DNA of 17,069 bases, from positions 15,601-32,669 of the forward strand of contig JBBITJ010000008.1 in NCBI GenBank assembly GCA_037440825.1. Reading direction: 5' to 3'. Below the pieces are notes generated by a model, which worked only from the letters and a program-made list of their open reading frames with translations, had not been told where the DNA came from and made no database searches. The stretch is from Candidatus Micrarchaeota archaeon. GTDB taxonomy: Archaea > Micrarchaeota > Micrarchaeia > Anstonellales > Bilamarchaeaceae. Shown here piece after piece: positions 14,862-17,069 of the stretch. Each line of letters begins with the position of its first letter. Position 1 is the stretch's first letter. The translations under genes and the position numbers were made by a program.

Positions 14862-15253
14862 GGCGTGAGGTTTACAGAGGACTGGAGGAGGCGCAGCTCA
14901 AGGACATGCCAATAGAGAAATTCATGGAGCTCATAACGTCCAGGGAGCGCAGGACGCTCAGGCGCATGGCCCAGAACGTCGAGCTCAAAAAGCTCGTCGC
15001 CAAGGCCAGGGCGGTGAAGGCGAAGAACCCGAAGAAGGTCATCAAGACCCACGTCCGCGAAGCCGTGATACTTCCGGAATGGCTCGGGCTCACGTTCGGC
15101 GTGCACGACGGTAAGCAGTTCAAGACCGTCGTCATTTCGCTGGAGAAGCTCGGCAAGAGGCTCGGCGATTTCGCCCACTCCACAGGGCGCGTCATACACG
15201 CGGGACCCGGTATCGGAGCTACGCGCGGTTCGAAGTTCGTTGCGGTGAAGTGA
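14858..15253 (+). CDS. rps19: 30S ribosomal protein S19 (uS19)
   Basis: IKTHVRE..ILPE, GVHDGK, G.RLGDFA and GIGATRGSKFV. ATGA overlap with rpl2. Confidence 0.97.
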   Translation: MRREVYRGLEEAQLKDMPIEKFMELITSRERRTLRRMAQNVELKKLVAKARAVKAKNPKKVIKTHVREAVILPEWLGLTFGVHDGKQFKTVVISLEKLGKRLGDFAHSTGRVIHAGPGIGATRGSKFVAVK

Positions 15254-15254
15254 T

Positions 15255-15881
15255 ATGTACTCATACAAATTCGACGAGACTGAGGTAGGCAAGGCAAGGC
15301 TCGAGGATGTTGACGCGAGCTTCAAGGATCTCGCCGAGGTGTGCTCAAACATAAGGGGCAAGAAATCCTCGGACGCGATCTCCCTTCTGGAGAAAGCTGC
15401 CACAGGCGAGATGCCGATAAGGTACACGAGCTATATCACGAAGCTCGGCCACAGGAAGGAGCTCGGCGGAAAGCCCGGAAGGTACCCGAAGAAGGCCGCG
15501 AAATACGTGCTTATGACGCTGAAAAGCGCGATCGCCTCCGCGAAGGCGAAAGGGCTGAGCGAGGACCTCACGGTGGTGCACGCAGCTGCGAACAAGAAGG
15601 ATGTTTTCCCGCGCCTCTCCCCGAAAGGAGGGAAGAGGACGCGCTCATACTACGAGACCGCGAGAGTGGAAATCGTGGTGAAGGAAACAGGCGCTTCGAA
15701 GAAATCGGAGGGAAAGCCTGAAAATAAGGGCGAGAAGAAAGCCGAGCAGAAGAAGCCTGCAGCGGCTCCAGTTGCGGCAAAGCCCGCACCGATAGCAAAA
15801 CACGAAACGACCAAGCCCGCAACCCAGACGAAGCCTGCGGCGCTTGCCGCTCCGGCAAAATCCAAGAAAGGTGAATCCTGA
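15255..15881 (+). CDS. rpl22: 50S ribosomal protein L22 (uL22) with a long Lys/Ala/Pro-rich C-terminal tail
   Basis: SFKDLAEVC..IRG, GRYPKKAA and RVEIVV.E, plus operon position. Confidence 0.95.
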   Translation: MYSYKFDETEVGKARLEDVDASFKDLAEVCSNIRGKKSSDAISLLEKAATGEMPIRYTSYITKLGHRKELGGKPGRYPKKAAKYVLMTLKSAIASAKAKGLSEDLTVVHAAANKKDVFPRLSPKGGKRTRSYYETARVEIVVKETGASKKSEGKPENKGEKKAEQKKPAAAPVAAKPAPIAKHETTKPATQTKPAALAAPAKSKKGES

Positions 15882-16549
15882 TGGTATACGAGAAGAAGTT
15901 CATCGAGGACCTCATAGTCCAGTACGAGATCATGCGCTTCATACAGAAGGAGCTCGACCGCGCGGACGTCGCGAACATCGACATCCAGCGCACTCCAGTA
16001 GTCACGAGGATCTCGCTCGAGGTGATGAACCCGGGCAAGATAATCGGCAAGAGGGGTGGCATAATCAACAAGCTCACCGAGACGCTCCAGCAGGACTTCA
16101 AGATCAAGAACCCGCAGATAAGCGTCGTGGAAGTGAAGAACCCGTCGCTCGAGCCCCGCCTTGTAGGCAGGAGAGCCGCGAAGATGCTCGAGATGGGCAA
16201 GAAAGCCCGCGCAATACTGCATTTCCTCGTAAGGGAGGTGATGTCCAACGGAGCAATAGGGGCGGAAATCGTGCTTTCCGGCGCGATGAGCAAGGGAAGC
16301 AGGGCGAAGAGCATGAACGTGATAACCGGTTTCATCCCGAAGGCGGGAGAGCCGGCCAGGCTCGTGAAGGAGGCCCACGTCACCTCGGTGACTAAATACG
16401 GCGCAATCGGCATATTCGTGCGCATAGTCCCTCCGGGAACCGTTTTCCCGGACAAGGCGCCCGCTCAGCAGCCGGAGCTTCCCAAGACGCTCAGGCCTGC
16501 GGCGATGGCAGCGCCCGCCGCAGCCAAGTTGGCTGAGGAAACCAAGTGA
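15881..16549 (+). CDS. rps3: 30S ribosomal protein S3 (uS3)
   Basis: KH domain PGKIIGKRG..I..L, GAIGAEIVLSG and TKYGAIGI.VRI.PP. TGATG overlap with rpl22. Confidence 0.97.
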   Translation: MVYEKKFIEDLIVQYEIMRFIQKELDRADVANIDIQRTPVVTRISLEVMNPGKIIGKRGGIINKLTETLQQDFKIKNPQISVVEVKNPSLEPRLVGRRAAKMLEMGKKARAILHFLVREVMSNGAIGAEIVLSGAMSKGSRAKSMNVITGFIPKAGEPARLVKEAHVTSVTKYGAIGIFVRIVPPGTVFPDKAPAQQPELPKTLRPAAMAAPAAAKLAEETK

Positions 16550-16554
16550 TTATT

Positions 16555-16803
16555 ATGGCAATGAAGATGGGAGAGATAAGGGGAATGAAGGAGGACGCGC
16601 TAGAGAAGAAGCTCGCTGAGTTCCGTCTGGAACTCGTGACTGGGCAGAATCTCAAGGCGAAGTCCATAAAACTTTCGATGGCGAGGATAATCGCGCGTCT
16701 CGCGGAGCTCAAGAGGGCTCAGGCAGCGGCTGCTGCTCCTGCGCCGAAAGCCAGCGCGAAGCCTGCGGCAGCTAAAGCCAAGGCGCCCGCGCAAAAGAAA
16801 TGA
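16555..16803 (+). CDS. rpl29: 50S ribosomal protein L29 (uL29) with an Ala/Lys/Pro tail
   Basis: MKMGEIRGM....LEKKLAE.R.EL and IK...ARI. Position after rps3 and ATG at 16555. Confidence 0.9.
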   Translation: MAMKMGEIRGMKEDALEKKLAEFRLELVTGQNLKAKSIKLSMARIIARLAELKRAQAAAAAPAPKASAKPAAAKAKAPAQKK

Positions 16804-16845
16804 TTATAAACCCGTTAAGAGCACAATGAATCCAGGTGAAAGATT

Positions 16846-17069
16846 TTGCCAGAAATTTGCAACAAATGCGGACTTTTGAAGGATCTCTGCGTCTGCGAAG
16901 TGCTTGACAAGGAGGAGGTCAAGAAGATAACCGTCTACGCGACGGCCAAGAAATTCAAGAAACTCGTCACTGTAGTCGAAGGCATAGACAAAGGGAGGCT
17001 CGACGACACTGCGAAGGACCTTAAGCACAAGCTCGCTTGCGGCGGGACTGCGAAAGACGGGTTCATAAT
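16846..17069 (+). CDS. sui1: Translation initiation factor aIF1 (SUI1), 3'-truncated by the window edge; absent from the ORF track
   Basis: Translation from TTG 16846 gives (M)PEICNKCGLLKDLCVCEVLDKEEVKKITVYATAKKFKKLVTVVEGIDKGRLDDTAKDLKHKLACGGTAKDGFI. It has the N-terminal Cys knuckle and the LK..LACGGT.KDG motif, and sits in the canonical position after rpl29. AGGTGA RBS at 16834-16839. Confidence 0.93.
   Translation, partial: MPEICNKCGLLKDLCVCEVLDKEEVKKITVYATAKKFKKLVTVVEGIDKGRLDDTAKDLKHKLACGGTAKDGFI

Overview
This is an archaeal chromosomal segment. The evidence is GGTGA Shine-Dalgarno motifs, TATA-like promoters, a bulge-helix-bulge tRNA intron and archaeal-type ribosomal proteins. A DPANN/Micrarchaeota-like origin is my inference only. 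The left part is a mix of accessory and housekeeping genes: a lipoprotein-CuA cupredoxin fusion, an intron-containing tRNA-His(GUG), a truncated nitroreductase, a mini-LemA, a secreted lipoprotein, a squalene/phytoene synthase, a UPF0104 flippase-like protein, Nmd3, DUF2070, TyrRS, an MTAP-family phosphorylase, Ogg and a HEAT-repeat protein. The right part is the canonical rpl3-rpl4-rpl23-rpl2-rps19-rpl22-rps3-rpl29-aIF1(SUI1) operon. The most notable unannotated signal is a dispersed family of degenerate 7-nt-period repeats (GTYYCNN / NNGRRAC) at six places. It forms most of the tRNA-His intron, follows the tRNA, fills a convergent intergenic gap, forms a hairpin between divergent promoters, sits in frame inside ogg, and caps a stem of a multi-stem RNA leader upstream of rpl3. 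Other points are a candidate ribosomal-leader RNA, a TTG start with an overlapping uORF on aIF1, and a duplication of the tRNA 5' end. All structures were folded by eye and no database searches were run.
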